A stretch of 64,000 nt of DNA from Candidatus Latescibacterota bacterium (GCA_965200315.1 OZ241362.1:4608001-4672000), one strand, 5' to 3'; numbered from the stretch's first letter, positions 40,309-50,976 are shown. Translations and numbers: made by a program. Notes: generated by a model not told the origin, from the sequence alone.

Positions 40309-42503
40309 TCTCCCTGCTGAAACGCGTACTCACAGCCCGGCACCGCATCGCCTTCCATCTCTACCTCAGCATCGGCACGGCCGTGGTCCTCACCATGACC
40401 GCGAGCTTAGTGGCTTGGTTTTCCTTCGACCAGGTCGGCGATGCCCAAAGACAGGTAAACGAGCGGGCTGTCCCGGAGATAGCCACCGCTTTTGCGGTCG
40501 CTCAGCAAAGCGGTACCCTCGCAGCAGCAGCTCCGCGTCTAGCAGCGGCCGAGACGCCGATGGCCTTTGCCGAGGTCGCCGCCAAAGTCGCCTCCGAACG
40601 GGACGACTTTAAGAAGCAATTGGCAGCCCTGACCAAGCAGGGCGCAGCCGAGGAACGCTTCGCGCGGATTCGCGCCCACGGCGACACCCTCATTGCCAAT
40701 ATCAATGCGATTGAGGCTTCGGTGGCCAGGCGCTTTGGTCTCAATGCGCGCCGCCGCGGGTTGCAAAAAAACCTAGAATCACTGCAAAACGATCTGACCG
40801 GCATCTTGATTCCGGCTATCGACGATCAGCTATTCTACGCAATGACCGGCTACCGCACCCTCGACGAACCGCCCGCACCCCGCGTTCAGCACCTTTCAGA
40901 GGCCGAACTTTCTCGCTATCGCGATCTGGCCGAGTTGCAGGAAGGGGTCACTACGGCCACGCGGCTGCTGGCCAGCACCTTTAATCTGTCGGACGCGCGC
41001 CTGCTAGAGCCTTTACAGGAGCGTTTCGACTCCACAGTCGGGGGCATTGAGCGGAAACTCTCCGCACTGGGCGAAGGCCCCTTGCGCAGTGAACTCAGCC
41101 AAGCCTTTAACCTCCTGTTCGACTTGGGCCGCGGGGACTTGAAAATTTTCGCTCTGCGCTCCTTAGAACTCCAAGTCGTTGAACAACAGCGAACACTGCT
41201 CGACCGCAACCGCGATTTGTCCATTGAGCTAGTCGCCGAGGTCGAGGGGCTAGTGAACACGGCCCGCGGGAGCGCACAGGAGGCCACGCAAACTTCTAGC
41301 CAAGCCATCTTCACTGGCCGCAAGCTCCTGCTCGCGATTAACGCGGTCGGCATAGCCGGAGCGATCTTGATCGCTTGGCTGTTCGTCGGCCGAATGCTAC
41401 TGCGCCGTCTCGAATTTCTGTCGAACCGAATGCGTCTCATGGCCGGAGGCGACCTAGAGGCAAAGATCGAGATGCCCGGGCGCGACGAGGTTGCCGACAT
41501 GGCTGTGGCCCTCGAAATTTTTCGCCGCAACTCTTTGGAGGCTCAGCGGCTCAACTTGGTGGAAAAGCTGGCCGCCGACTTAGAAGAGAAAAATGCCACG
41601 CTCGAAAAGGTGCTCGCCGATCTACAGCAGGCACAGGATCAGATCGTCATGCGCGAAAAACTAGCCGCACTGGGCGAACTCACCGCGGGCGTGGCACACG
41701 AAATCCAGAATCCCTTGAACTTTGTGAAGAACTTCGCGGAAGCCTCAGAGGAACTGTTAGAGGAATTGCAAGAGGTACTACAAGAGGTACTAGAGGAAGA
41801 AGGCCTACAGATAAACGAAGAGCAGCGCGAGCTAATCAACGAGATCAAGGGCGACTTGACCGACAATCTCGGGCGCATCGGCCAACATGGTGCTCGCGCC
41901 AATCGCATTGTCCGCGACATGCTACAGATGGGTCGCGGGTCGGGCGAGGTACGGGCCACGGATATCAACGCCCTGCTCGAAGAACACGCCCGGCTCGCTT
42001 TCCACAGCGCCCGAGCGACCAATTCGGATTTTCAGCTCGACATCAAGGAGGATTTAGACGAGGAGATGGGGGAATTAGAGGTGGTCCCCCAGAACTTGGC
42101 CCGCGTCTTTCTGAACATGGTAAGCAATGCCTGCTACGCCACCAACGAGAAGCGGCAGGCTTCAGAGACAGCACCCGACTACGTTCCCACGCTCTGGATC
42201 AACACCCAGCGAATGCCTGACCGTGCCGCAATCTGCATCCGCGACAATGGAAACGGGATTCCACCGGATGTCGTCGATAAGATATTCAACCCGTTTTTTA
42301 CGACTAAGCCGACCGATCAGGGAACCGGGCTTGGGCTCGCGCTGTCCAACGACATCGTACGCGAACACGGGGGCATCATAAAGGTCCACTCCGAGCCTGG
42401 AGAATTTACCGAGATGACCATCGAACTGCCCACGGCAAAATCGGAATCCCTGCAATCAGACCCAGCCGATTCGGACGCGATCACAACGCCCGCTTCAGTT
42501 TAA
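40305..42503 (+). CDS. Membrane histidine kinase with TorS-like helical sensor and HAMP domain
   Basis: Two TMs around a ~290-aa helical sensor; HAMP (GRDEVADM); H-box GVAHEIQNPLN; DNGNG, FFTTK, GTGLGL. Confidence 0.9.
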   Translation: MISLLKRVLTARHRIAFHLYLSIGTAVVLTMTASLVAWFSFDQVGDAQRQVNERAVPEIATAFAVAQQSGTLAAAAPRLAAAETPMAFAEVAAKVASERDDFKKQLAALTKQGAAEERFARIRAHGDTLIANINAIEASVARRFGLNARRRGLQKNLESLQNDLTGILIPAIDDQLFYAMTGYRTLDEPPAPRVQHLSEAELSRYRDLAELQEGVTTATRLLASTFNLSDARLLEPLQERFDSTVGGIERKLSALGEGPLRSELSQAFNLLFDLGRGDLKIFALRSLELQVVEQQRTLLDRNRDLSIELVAEVEGLVNTARGSAQEATQTSSQAIFTGRKLLLAINAVGIAGAILIAWLFVGRMLLRRLEFLSNRMRLMAGGDLEAKIEMPGRDEVADMAVALEIFRRNSLEAQRLNLVEKLAADLEEKNATLEKVLADLQQAQDQIVMREKLAALGELTAGVAHEIQNPLNFVKNFAEASEELLEELQEVLQEVLEEEGLQINEEQRELINEIKGDLTDNLGRIGQHGARANRIVRDMLQMGRGSGEVRATDINALLEEHARLAFHSARATNSDFQLDIKEDLDEEMGELEVVPQNLARVFLNMVSNACYATNEKRQASETAPDYVPTLWINTQRMPDRAAICIRDNGNGIPPDVVDKIFNPFFTTKPTDQGTGLGLALSNDIVREHGGIIKVHSEPGEFTEMTIELPTAKSESLQSDPADSDAITTPASV

Positions 42504-42833
42504 TTACGACAGCGCGGCGAGTGCCTCTTCTTCGGAGGCGTGGAGCGCGATGATCTTGTCAAAACCGCTGATTTCAAAAATTTCCCGTATCGGCTCTGAA
42601 AGCGAGCATAGCGCGAACTGGGCACTGCGCTGCTGGAGCGTTTTGGCAACCAGCAGGAATGTCCGCAGGCCCGCACTGCTGATGTAGTTGATGTCCGCCA
42701 AATTGACGAGCACCGCGCTGTTGTCCGTGCCGATCGCCTCACTTAAGGCTTCGTGGAAGTTGCGGGCATTGACCCCGTCGATGCGGCCTTCGGGTTTGGC
42801 AATTAATACGCCATCCTTCTGTTCGGTGTTCAC
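42504..42833 (-). CDS. STAS-domain anti-anti-sigma factor (RsbV-like)
   Basis: GRID, YISSAGLR (phosphoacceptor Ser), IFEISGF. Confidence 0.9.
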   Translation of the reverse strand: MNTEQKDGVLIAKPEGRIDGVNARNFHEALSEAIGTDNSAVLVNLADINYISSAGLRTFLLVAKTLQQRSAQFALCSLSEPIREIFEISGFDKIIALHASEEEALAALS

Positions 42834-42878
42834 TTGATCGCCTACCTTTCTAAATGGTATGCACCGGTTGGTGGCCGG

Positions 42879-44258
42879 TTATGAGTTGTTCTGAATTTGA
42901 TCAACGTCATCTTGATCGGGCATGAGTACAAACTCGGGATACGCCTCGATTCCGAGCTCTGCGGTATCCTGGCCGAGCTCTTCAACAGTCTGCGACACCC
43001 GCACCCCCATTGTTTTGCTCAGAGCAAACCACGCGAGCCACGAAGTCGCAAACGCGAACGCGCCCACCGCCAACACCCCGATGAGCTGAACGCCAAAGTT
43101 GCCATCGGCTGCAATGCAGACCGCTAAGGTCCCCCAAACGCCGGCGAATAAGTGGGCCGGAATCGCCCCTACAACATCGTCTAATTTGGCAACCTCCAAC
43201 AACCTCATCGCGCCGACGCACAACGCGCCGCCTATAGCACCAATTACGAGCGACCAATGGTGATCGACGATATCTGGCCCAGCTGTAATGGAGACGAGGC
43301 CGGCGAGCGCACCGTTGAGGACGGCGAGCAGATCGATGCGTCCTAAGATCGGTCGCGATACGATGAGAGCAGCTATGACGCCGGCTGCTGCCGCAAGGTT
43401 GGTATTCACGAGCACATTGCTCATGGCGACGGCATCGGCCGCGCTCGACAGCGCGAGCTGCGAGCCGCCGTTGAAGCCGAACCACCCAAGCCACAAAATG
43501 AAGACGCCCAAGGTCACGGCGGGGATGTTGGAAGGCGACGTGGCCTTGACGCTGCCGTCGGCGCGAAATTTCCCGTACCGCGCCCCGACGACGAGTGCCC
43601 CGGCGAGCGCAGCCCAACCTCCGGTCGAATGCACGATAGTAGAGCCAGCGAAATCCTTAAACCCCATTTCACTCAGCCAGCCGCCACCCCAAGTCCAAGC
43701 CCCGACAATGGGATAGATGATTATGGTCAACACGACCGTAAAAGCGAGAAACGCCCACAACTTCACCCGCTCGGCCAGCGTGCCCGATACAATAGAAGCG
43801 GTTGTCGCCACAAAGACCATCTGGAAAAACCAATCCGACATAGTGGCATAACCGGCCTTTGTAACTTCGGCCGCGGCCTGACCGGACAACAGCTTGAGCT
43901 CATCGTCCGAAGACCCGTATAAAAACTTGAGTGTGCCAATCCAGCCTTCCTGCACATCGACGTACATGAGGTTGTACCCAACCAAGTAGTACGTGAGCCC
44001 GGCAATCGAATAAAGCCCGATGTTCTTGAGGCAGATCATGGAGGCGTTCTTGGTGCGCACGGACCCGGCTTCGAGCATGGTAAAGCCCGCGCACATCCAC
44101 ATTATGAGTACGCCCCAAACGAGAAACGAGAAGGTATTGAGAATGAATTGCAATTCTTCACCGCTCGCGGCATAAGCCCGGGTCGCCCCCATTAGGAGGC
44201 CGCAGGCCACAATAAGTCCGCCCACCCGCAAGGCCCTGCCACTCGATTTTCTAATCAT
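42879..44258 (-). CDS. amt: Ammonium transporter
   Basis: GFTMLEAG, FFQMVF, DFAGSTIVH, GWFGFNGGS, DDVVGAIPAH (twin His). Confidence 0.95.
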   Translation of the reverse strand: MIRKSSGRALRVGGLIVACGLLMGATRAYAASGEELQFILNTFSFLVWGVLIMWMCAGFTMLEAGSVRTKNASMICLKNIGLYSIAGLTYYLVGYNLMYVDVQEGWIGTLKFLYGSSDDELKLLSGQAAAEVTKAGYATMSDWFFQMVFVATTASIVSGTLAERVKLWAFLAFTVVLTIIIYPIVGAWTWGGGWLSEMGFKDFAGSTIVHSTGGWAALAGALVVGARYGKFRADGSVKATSPSNIPAVTLGVFILWLGWFGFNGGSQLALSSAADAVAMSNVLVNTNLAAAAGVIAALIVSRPILGRIDLLAVLNGALAGLVSITAGPDIVDHHWSLVIGAIGGALCVGAMRLLEVAKLDDVVGAIPAHLFAGVWGTLAVCIAADGNFGVQLIGVLAVGAFAFATSWLAWFALSKTMGVRVSQTVEELGQDTAELGIEAYPEFVLMPDQDDVDQIQNNS

Positions 44259-44494
44259 AGCGATTTCCCTCCTGTGATCGAGTAGAGCCTACTCTAACAA
44301 TTTTATATATAATAGCCAATCGCCAATCCTCTCGCAATCACCAAATCGCTTTTCCAAACATCCAAACGACAGGGCTTGAATATCACTGATTTCTGCAAAA
44401 ACAAAACGACAAAATGCTTTCGGGATGTTAAAAATGTGTTGAATATCGCTGCGATTAGTAGCCCTTGAAGTTGGCGAGGCGGCGAGCTTGAGAA

Positions 44495-46240
44495 TCAAGC
44501 CTCGTCTCCCGCAGGGGTCGCACGCTCCGCGACCCGCACGATCGCGTCCAGTTTTTTGCTAATCTCGGGATCAATCTCGCTATCGGGAACGTATTCAGCC
44601 AACTCGTAGAAATTTTTCTTGGCCATCAGGTTGGGTAGGCCCAGCTTCCCGAAGTAGGACTCAAAGAGCGGGACTAGAAAATCATCGCTGGCCTTGATGT
44701 CAGCACTCCAAGGAGATCCCTTGCCAAGCGTCTTTAGGGCCGACTCTACTTCCTCAATGGCTTGGCTCATCACATCCTGACGCTTTTCTACTTCGGCTGC
44801 CGCGAACAGTGGTCCCGATGCAGCCTCCTCCGACACCAATGCCGACGCGTACTTTTTGAGTGTGGCCCGCGAGCAGATGTAGTTTTCTATCTCCCGGCGT
44901 TTCCAGCTCAGGCGCTCGACCGGGGAAATATCGAGAGGCTCTAATTCGAGGCGATCAAAAAGGGCAACTCCACCAAGTGTGGGGAGTGCTTCTCGCAGGC
45001 CGTGGTAGTGGTTCTGAACCGCCGATGCTTGGTTCCCCACATATTTCACAAACGGCCGCTCAAGCACCTGAAGCGCACGATCATGCCCCAGTCGTCTAGC
45101 AAAAGCTTGCATTATCGCAAGGTCCGTTGAACCCTCTAGGTAGAGTACCCATCCAGTCTGTTTCGCCTGATAGTACTGGTCAAACCCTATCTCTCTGAGT
45201 GCTTTCAAGACCTGACTGCCGCGGTCGTTGATGCGGTGTGGCTGGCCGACGAAGGCGACGACTAAGTCCCGGTCCGCAGCTTCGTTGAGTAGCACTTCAG
45301 AGTGACTGGCGGCGATAATCTGGCTGTCGCTTGCTCGCGCCACATCGGTGAGCAGACGGTAGATCTGGCGCTGGCGAAGAATCTCTAGGTGCGCGTCAGG
45401 CTCGTCGAGGAGCAAGACGGCACCGGGGTTCGCGTACATATATGCTAGGAGGAGTAGCGTCTGTTGCAGGCCGCGCCCGGCGGACGACAAATCGAGTTCA
45501 GCACCCTGCTCGCGATAGGTCATTGCGAGCTCGCCGCGTTCGGCAATGTAGCGCGGCGGACGGAGTTGCGACCCGAACAGGTTCTCAATCTGCTCGACGA
45601 GTTCGTTCCACTTCGTTTTGTCTTCGTCGTAAATTCGGAAGCAGAGGTTGCGCAACACTTCGGCGGTACGGCCCTCGCCGATTCGGACATTCACGGCACC
45701 GTCATCGAGACGTGTTTCCGTAGCTGCAAGCCCCGACATAGGCGGTAGGAAGGCGATCTGGACGCTTCCCGCTTCGTCCGGCACCGGCATGCGGTCGGGG
45801 GTTTTGCCGTCCGATCGGCGAAGCGGCCGGCAGTAGAAAGACTCGTCGTTGGCATAGTCGAACTCCAGGCCACACGTCCAGCTTTGGTCATTGGTCACGC
45901 CCTCGACGATGATGTCGATGCGAATGTTGCTGGTGCGCTGCTGGCTGTTGACTCTGCGGACGTCTCGCACGTGCAGCCCGCGCCACAGGAGGTTTGCGTC
46001 TGGAATCGGAATGGCTATGAGGTCGCGGCGGTTGATGGTCACGCCGGGACGCTTCTCGGGTGTACTCTTCCCGGACCGCTTCTCTTTCCAGCGCTTGAGA
46101 CCGATGTACCATAAGGAGAGCGCCTGCATGGCCGAAGTCTTCCCGGAGTTGTTGGGGCCGATGAAGACCACCGGACTCCCGAGTTCGATAGCGACCTCGT
46201 CGAAGCGTTTGAAGTTGCGGGTGGTGAGTTTGGTCAGCAT
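44495..46240 (-). CDS. ABC-type ATPase with TOPRIM-like C-terminus (OLD-like ATP-dependent nuclease)
   Basis: NFKRF, GPNNSGKT, LSSAGRG, LLLDEPDAHL, ASHS, then YLEGSTD, LFDR, REIENY. Confidence 0.8.
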   Translation of the reverse strand: MLTKLTTRNFKRFDEVAIELGSPVVFIGPNNSGKTSAMQALSLWYIGLKRWKEKRSGKSTPEKRPGVTINRRDLIAIPIPDANLLWRGLHVRDVRRVNSQQRTSNIRIDIIVEGVTNDQSWTCGLEFDYANDESFYCRPLRRSDGKTPDRMPVPDEAGSVQIAFLPPMSGLAATETRLDDGAVNVRIGEGRTAEVLRNLCFRIYDEDKTKWNELVEQIENLFGSQLRPPRYIAERGELAMTYREQGAELDLSSAGRGLQQTLLLLAYMYANPGAVLLLDEPDAHLEILRQRQIYRLLTDVARASDSQIIAASHSEVLLNEAADRDLVVAFVGQPHRINDRGSQVLKALREIGFDQYYQAKQTGWVLYLEGSTDLAIMQAFARRLGHDRALQVLERPFVKYVGNQASAVQNHYHGLREALPTLGGVALFDRLELEPLDISPVERLSWKRREIENYICSRATLKKYASALVSEEAASGPLFAAAEVEKRQDVMSQAIEEVESALKTLGKGSPWSADIKASDDFLVPLFESYFGKLGLPNLMAKKNFYELAEYVPDSEIDPEISKKLDAIVRVAERATPAGDEA

Positions 46241-46384
46241 CTGTCAGAAGCTAAGCTGCGATCTCGCACTTGGCTTGCAGCACTTGGCGGATCAACTCCG
46301 CCGGGGCACCTCGTCGGAGCTACTACTCGACCAATGCGCGCCTTGTAGCCAACGGCCTAGCAGGCATGGAGCCATAGGGCAGGG

Positions 46385-47182
46385 CTACACCCGACCGTCG
46401 AATTCGCGTCCCCTAATCAACAGAAAGCGAAATTCGCCGCGCGGCTTTTCGCACTCGGTCATCAGGCGGTGTGCCTCGCTTGCAGCACCGAGGTACATGG
46501 TCTCCGAGCGGAGGTAGTGCAGGGCTAGGCCGCGCCGCCGCTTGGGGGTGGGATTGGCACCTGTGCGGTGGAAGTTGAGGCCGTGGTGGAACAAGCAGGA
46601 GCCGGCCGGCAATTCCACGGGCACGGGCTCGGGGAGCAGGGGATTTTCCAAAAAACGGGCTTTGTGCGCCGGATTGATAGGCCCCCATTTGTGGCTGCCC
46701 GGCAGTACGGTCATGCAGCCGTTTTCCACGGTGGCGTCGTCGAGGGCGACCCAGCAGGAGACGTGGTCTTGCGGAGCAAACTGCGGCCACGCCACGGAAT
46801 CCTGGTGCCAGTCGGTGACCGTACCGTGATAGCGGGCTTTCATCATCAACTGGTCGCAGTAGAGTTTGATGTTGGGACCGAGCAAATCCTCAATGACATC
46901 GACGATCTCCGCCTTGCGGGCCACGGCCTCAAACAGGGGATCAAAATAGCATAGGTGAGTCATTTTGCGCACCTGATCGAGGCGGTCCACCTCAGCGTCC
47001 TCTTCCTCGCGGAAGGCGGCTTCCAACTGGACGTAGCGCGGCGGCACGTGGTCGGCTTGGCCCCGGGCGATCGCCTCGCTGCGCTGGCGCAGGGCCTGCA
47101 ATTCGTCGTCGGAGAGGAGCCGGTGATAAGGCAGGTAGCCCTGTTCATCAAAGTGGATTTTTTGCGCTTGTGTTAAGGCCAT
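46385..47182 (-). CDS. Phytanoyl-CoA dioxygenase family protein
   Basis: WHQD, WVALDDATVENGC..PGSH, HRTGAN..RR; start ATG 47182. Confidence 0.9.
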   Translation of the reverse strand: MALTQAQKIHFDEQGYLPYHRLLSDDELQALRQRSEAIARGQADHVPPRYVQLEAAFREEEDAEVDRLDQVRKMTHLCYFDPLFEAVARKAEIVDVIEDLLGPNIKLYCDQLMMKARYHGTVTDWHQDSVAWPQFAPQDHVSCWVALDDATVENGCMTVLPGSHKWGPINPAHKARFLENPLLPEPVPVELPAGSCLFHHGLNFHRTGANPTPKRRRGLALHYLRSETMYLGAASEAHRLMTECEKPRGEFRFLLIRGREFDGRV

Positions 47183-47198
47183 GAATCGAACCGCCGGG

Positions 47199-47882
47199 CT
47201 AGCCCGCCATCTCAGCGCGAATTTCCCGAATCCAGCCGACGCTCTGGCGCACCTTGGCCTCCAAACCATCCCAGTCTTTGGCGGCGACGAGCTCCTTGGT
47301 AATCAGCTTGGAGCCAGCGCCGACGGCAGCAACACCTGCTGTAAACCACGCCTCCAAGCTCTCGCGGGTGGCATCGACGCCGCCGGTGGGCATGATGCGA
47401 GTCCAAGGACAGGGGCCGAGCACGGATTTGACGAAAGCCGGACCGCCGACTTCGCTGCCGGGGAACACCTTGACGATCTCGACGCCTAGCTCCTCGGCTT
47501 GGCCTATTTCGCTGACCGAGCCGCAGCCGGGCGAATAGGCAATTTTGCGGCGATTGCACAGGCGGGCGACCTCCTCGTTGAGCAAGGGGCCGACGACGAA
47601 GTTCGCGCCGTTGGCAATATAGAGGGCCGCGGTGGGCGCGTCGCAGATCGAGCCAACGCCCATGATGATGTCGATTTTTTGGGCCATTACATGGCGCACC
47701 ACTTCTGTGAAGACGTGGTAGGCCAAATCGCCGCGATTGGTAAATTCAGCGCAGCGAGCACCCCCTCGGGCGCAGGCTTCGACGATGTGGATGGTGGTTT
47801 CTGGGGCTGCGTTGTAAAAGACTGGGACGATACCCGTGTCGTAGATGGCGTTGAGAACGGCCATCCGGTCGTACTGAGCCAT
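47199..47882 (-). CDS. eda: KDPG/KHG aldolase
   Basis: EFTNR, GVGS, GANFVV, VKVFP, IMPTGGV. Confidence 0.9.
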   Translation of the reverse strand: MAQYDRMAVLNAIYDTGIVPVFYNAAPETTIHIVEACARGGARCAEFTNRGDLAYHVFTEVVRHVMAQKIDIIMGVGSICDAPTAALYIANGANFVVGPLLNEEVARLCNRRKIAYSPGCGSVSEIGQAEELGVEIVKVFPGSEVGGPAFVKSVLGPCPWTRIMPTGGVDATRESLEAWFTAGVAAVGAGSKLITKELVAAKDWDGLEAKVRQSVGWIREIRAEMAG

Positions 47883-47893
47883 TGTGTCTCCTT

Positions 47894-47955
47894 ATGTGCG
47901 GCTGACTGTGTAATTATCGGGAAAATGTGCGGCTGACTGTGTAATTATCGGGAAA
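47894..47955. repeat. Perfect 31-bp tandem duplication
   Basis: ATGTGCGGCTGACTGTGTAATTATCGGGAAA twice (47894-47924, 47925-47955). Confidence 0.95.
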
Positions 47956-48706
47956 CGGAGGCAAAGGGCACGTGCTGCTCGGGAAAATTGCAGTAGCGAT
48001 CCTCGCCGCGCACCAAGACGGTCGGATACTTGTTGCCCAGCGAGTTGAGCTCGACCTGCTCGACGTGCGGGCTCACGTAGCGCAGCGTCAGACCGCAACG
48101 GCGGCGGTTGGAGATATTGGGATTGCTGGCGTGGAATATCTGGCCGTCGTGGATGGATATCTGACCCGGCGCGAGCACTAGATCGACGGCGTGGCTGTCA
48201 TCGACGAGTTCGTCGGGAATCTCCTGATTAATGCTGAGCAAATTGCCGGCTTTGGCCGACTCGCCGTGGGTGGCAATGCCGTTTGTGTGCGAGCCGGGGA
48301 TGACCCGCATGCAGCCGTTTTCTACATCGCTGACATCCACAGCCACCCAAGCAGTGTGGGCCTCGGGCGGTTCTAAGCCCCAGTAGGTGACGTCTTGGTG
48401 CCAAGCCACAAAGTGCTTGGCCTCCGGGTCGGGATACTTGCAGAAAAAGTGGGTCGAGAGCAGCATAATATCCTCGCCCATGACCTCCTGCATGGCGTCG
48501 AGGATGCGCGGGTTTGTGGCCATCTGCCAGATGAATTCTTCGTCGAGATGGCGGGCTTGCAGGCCGATCTGACACTTTTCGCGGCCCTCGCGGGCTTCCA
48601 ATTCGTCGAAGCAGGCGCGGAAGTAATCGATCTCGCTGGCGCTGAACAAGTCGATGCCCGTGAGAAAGCCTTGCTCGGCATACGTCTGGGCGGCGTCTTG
48701 GGTCAT
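47945..48706 (-). CDS. Phytanoyl-CoA dioxygenase family protein
   Basis: FVAWHQDVTYWGL, ENGCMRVIPGSH, HASNPN..RR; start ATG 48706. Confidence 0.9.
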   Translation of the reverse strand: MTQDAAQTYAEQGFLTGIDLFSASEIDYFRACFDELEAREGREKCQIGLQARHLDEEFIWQMATNPRILDAMQEVMGEDIMLLSTHFFCKYPDPEAKHFVAWHQDVTYWGLEPPEAHTAWVAVDVSDVENGCMRVIPGSHTNGIATHGESAKAGNLLSINQEIPDELVDDSHAVDLVLAPGQISIHDGQIFHASNPNISNRRRCGLTLRYVSPHVEQVELNSLGNKYPTVLVRGEDRYCNFPEQHVPFASVSR

Positions 48707-48812
48707 GGTGGCTCCGTTTTTGTAGGGCTGCGGCTGCGTGTATATATTGCACAAATCCCTCGTGCGAAACAAGGCTCGGTTCGCCGCATCAACACATCTG
48801 AGGAAGGCCGCA

Positions 48813-50045
48813 ATGGGTAGTGTGCAGATCAACGAGGACCTGCTAGCGGATAGTGCCTATTTTGCCGCAGCAAATCGGCGGGCAGCGCTAGCAGAAATGT
48901 TCAATTTCCGCGACCGGCGGGTCGTATTCGGGGCAGGTGCCCTGTCGCGGCTAGCCGATGAGTGCGTCCGCCTCGGCGCGGGCCGGGTGTTGTTAATCCA
49001 CGATCCGGGCATTGCCCTTCTCGTCGATTTAGTCCGCCAAGCCCTCGGCGACTTAGACGTGGTGAGCGCGTACAGCGAGATTGCGCCCAACCCCTCAGTG
49101 CAAAGCGTTGATGCCTGCGCGCACGCGCTGGCAGCAGCAGATTTCGACGTGGCCGTGGCCGTGGGCGGGGGCAGCACCATGGACACGGCCAAATCCGCAC
49201 TCTGCACGGCTGCAAATGGCGGCTCGGTGGCCGATTACTTTGGCTTCGACCTATACGAAAAACCGTCGCTGGCCCCGCTCGTCGGCATCCCGACGACAGC
49301 GGGCACGGGCAGCGAGGTCAGCCGGGTGGCGGTGATCGCCGACGCAACCGGCAAGAAGGCCGTGTACAGCAGCTATTTACAGCCCAAGGCCGCGTTGGTG
49401 GACCCGCGTTTGCACCAAGAGCTGCCGCCGGTATTGACCGCGATCACCGGCTTAGACGCCCTCGGGCACGCCCTCGAATGCACGGCTTCCACCAAGAGCA
49501 ATGCCATCGGCGACGCCGTAGCGCGAGCGGCCCTGACCGCGGGGTGCCCGGCATACGTGCAAGCCGTGGTCCGCGGTGATCCAGACGCGCGCTGTCAAAT
49601 GGCGCGCTGTGCCCTGTTGGCTGGACTGCTGTTGAGCCCCATCAACACCGGAGCCGGCCACGCGCTCGGCTACGGGATCGAAAAGGTCTCTTTTGAGCGC
49701 GGCGCACCCGTGCCGCACGGCGCGGCCGTGGCCCTCGTCTTGCCCGGAGTGATGCGGCACAACGCCCCGGTTGTGGCCGACAAATACTATTTTGCCGCGG
49801 GAGCCGCCGGCCTAGCGCTGGGCGGCAAGAGCCGCGAGGAGGGGGTCGAGCTAGCCGCGGCGTGGCTCGACGGGTTGCGGCGGCAGCACACACCCTACGG
49901 CTCGCTGAGCGCGGCCGGGATAAGCGCCGCCGACATTCCGCCGATGGTCGAAAGCGCCCTGAGCGTCCAGCGCTTGCTCGAACCCAATCCGGTCGCGGTG
50001 GAAGCGGACGACGCGGCCCGCATCTATCGGGACGCACTCAACTAA
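48813..50045 (+). CDS. Iron-containing alcohol dehydrogenase
   Basis: GGGSTMD, IPTTAGTGSE, DALGHALE, GHA, PHG; start uncertain. Confidence 0.88.
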   Translation: MGSVQINEDLLADSAYFAAANRRAALAEMFNFRDRRVVFGAGALSRLADECVRLGAGRVLLIHDPGIALLVDLVRQALGDLDVVSAYSEIAPNPSVQSVDACAHALAAADFDVAVAVGGGSTMDTAKSALCTAANGGSVADYFGFDLYEKPSLAPLVGIPTTAGTGSEVSRVAVIADATGKKAVYSSYLQPKAALVDPRLHQELPPVLTAITGLDALGHALECTASTKSNAIGDAVARAALTAGCPAYVQAVVRGDPDARCQMARCALLAGLLLSPINTGAGHALGYGIEKVSFERGAPVPHGAAVALVLPGVMRHNAPVVADKYYFAAGAAGLALGGKSREEGVELAAAWLDGLRRQHTPYGSLSAAGISAADIPPMVESALSVQRLLEPNPVAVEADDAARIYRDALN

Positions 50046-50061
50046 AGCGAAAGGAAACGCG

Positions 50062-50535
50062 ATGGCGTTTGATCCTCAGCTTCAACGGCAAATTATGGGC
50101 CGCTTTGCCACCGGCGTCACCGTGGTAACCACTTCCTGCGACGGCCAGTTTTTGGGCATGACGGCCAATGCGGTCATGTCGCTGTCGCTATCGCCGCCGC
50201 TGGTGGTGGTCTCGGTTGACAAAAGCGCGTCCATGCACGGACTGTTGCAAAAAGCCGAGGGCTTTGCCATCAACATCCTCAAGCGAGAACAGGAGGACCT
50301 CTCCGTGCGCTTTGCCCAGCGCGGCCCCAAAGACTTTGCGGACCTGGCGACCAAAGTGGCCCAGACTGGCGCGCCGATTCTGGCCGACGCCTTGGCCTAT
50401 GTGGAATGCAAGCTAGTTGACATCGCGGCCGCGGGCGACCACGACATGTTCATCGGCGAATGTCTGACCGGCGAGGTAGGTAGCGGTGCGCCGCTGATCT
50501 TCTTCGGCGGACAATACGCCGAGTTGGCCGATTAG
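50062..50535 (+). CDS. Flavin reductase-like protein
   Basis: MGRFATGVTVVT, GMTAN, SLSPPLV, AGDH. Confidence 0.9.
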   Translation: MAFDPQLQRQIMGRFATGVTVVTTSCDGQFLGMTANAVMSLSLSPPLVVVSVDKSASMHGLLQKAEGFAINILKREQEDLSVRFAQRGPKDFADLATKVAQTGAPILADALAYVECKLVDIAAAGDHDMFIGECLTGEVGSGAPLIFFGGQYAELAD

Positions 50536-50562
50536 ACTGACCCAAGGGAAAGGAATGCTACA

Positions 50563-50972
<410 letters not shown>

Positions 50973-50976
<4 letters not shown>

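Noticed and set aside
44259-44494. Sigma54 promoter for amt
   Set aside because: No TGGCAC-N5-TTGC found on the minus strand
46241-46384. Partner gene upstream of the OLD-like ATPase
   Set aside because: Only a short startless peptide (PAELIRQVLQAKCEIAA*), too small to assign
47894-47955. CRISPR array
   Set aside because: Two abutting copies with no spacer and no cas genes
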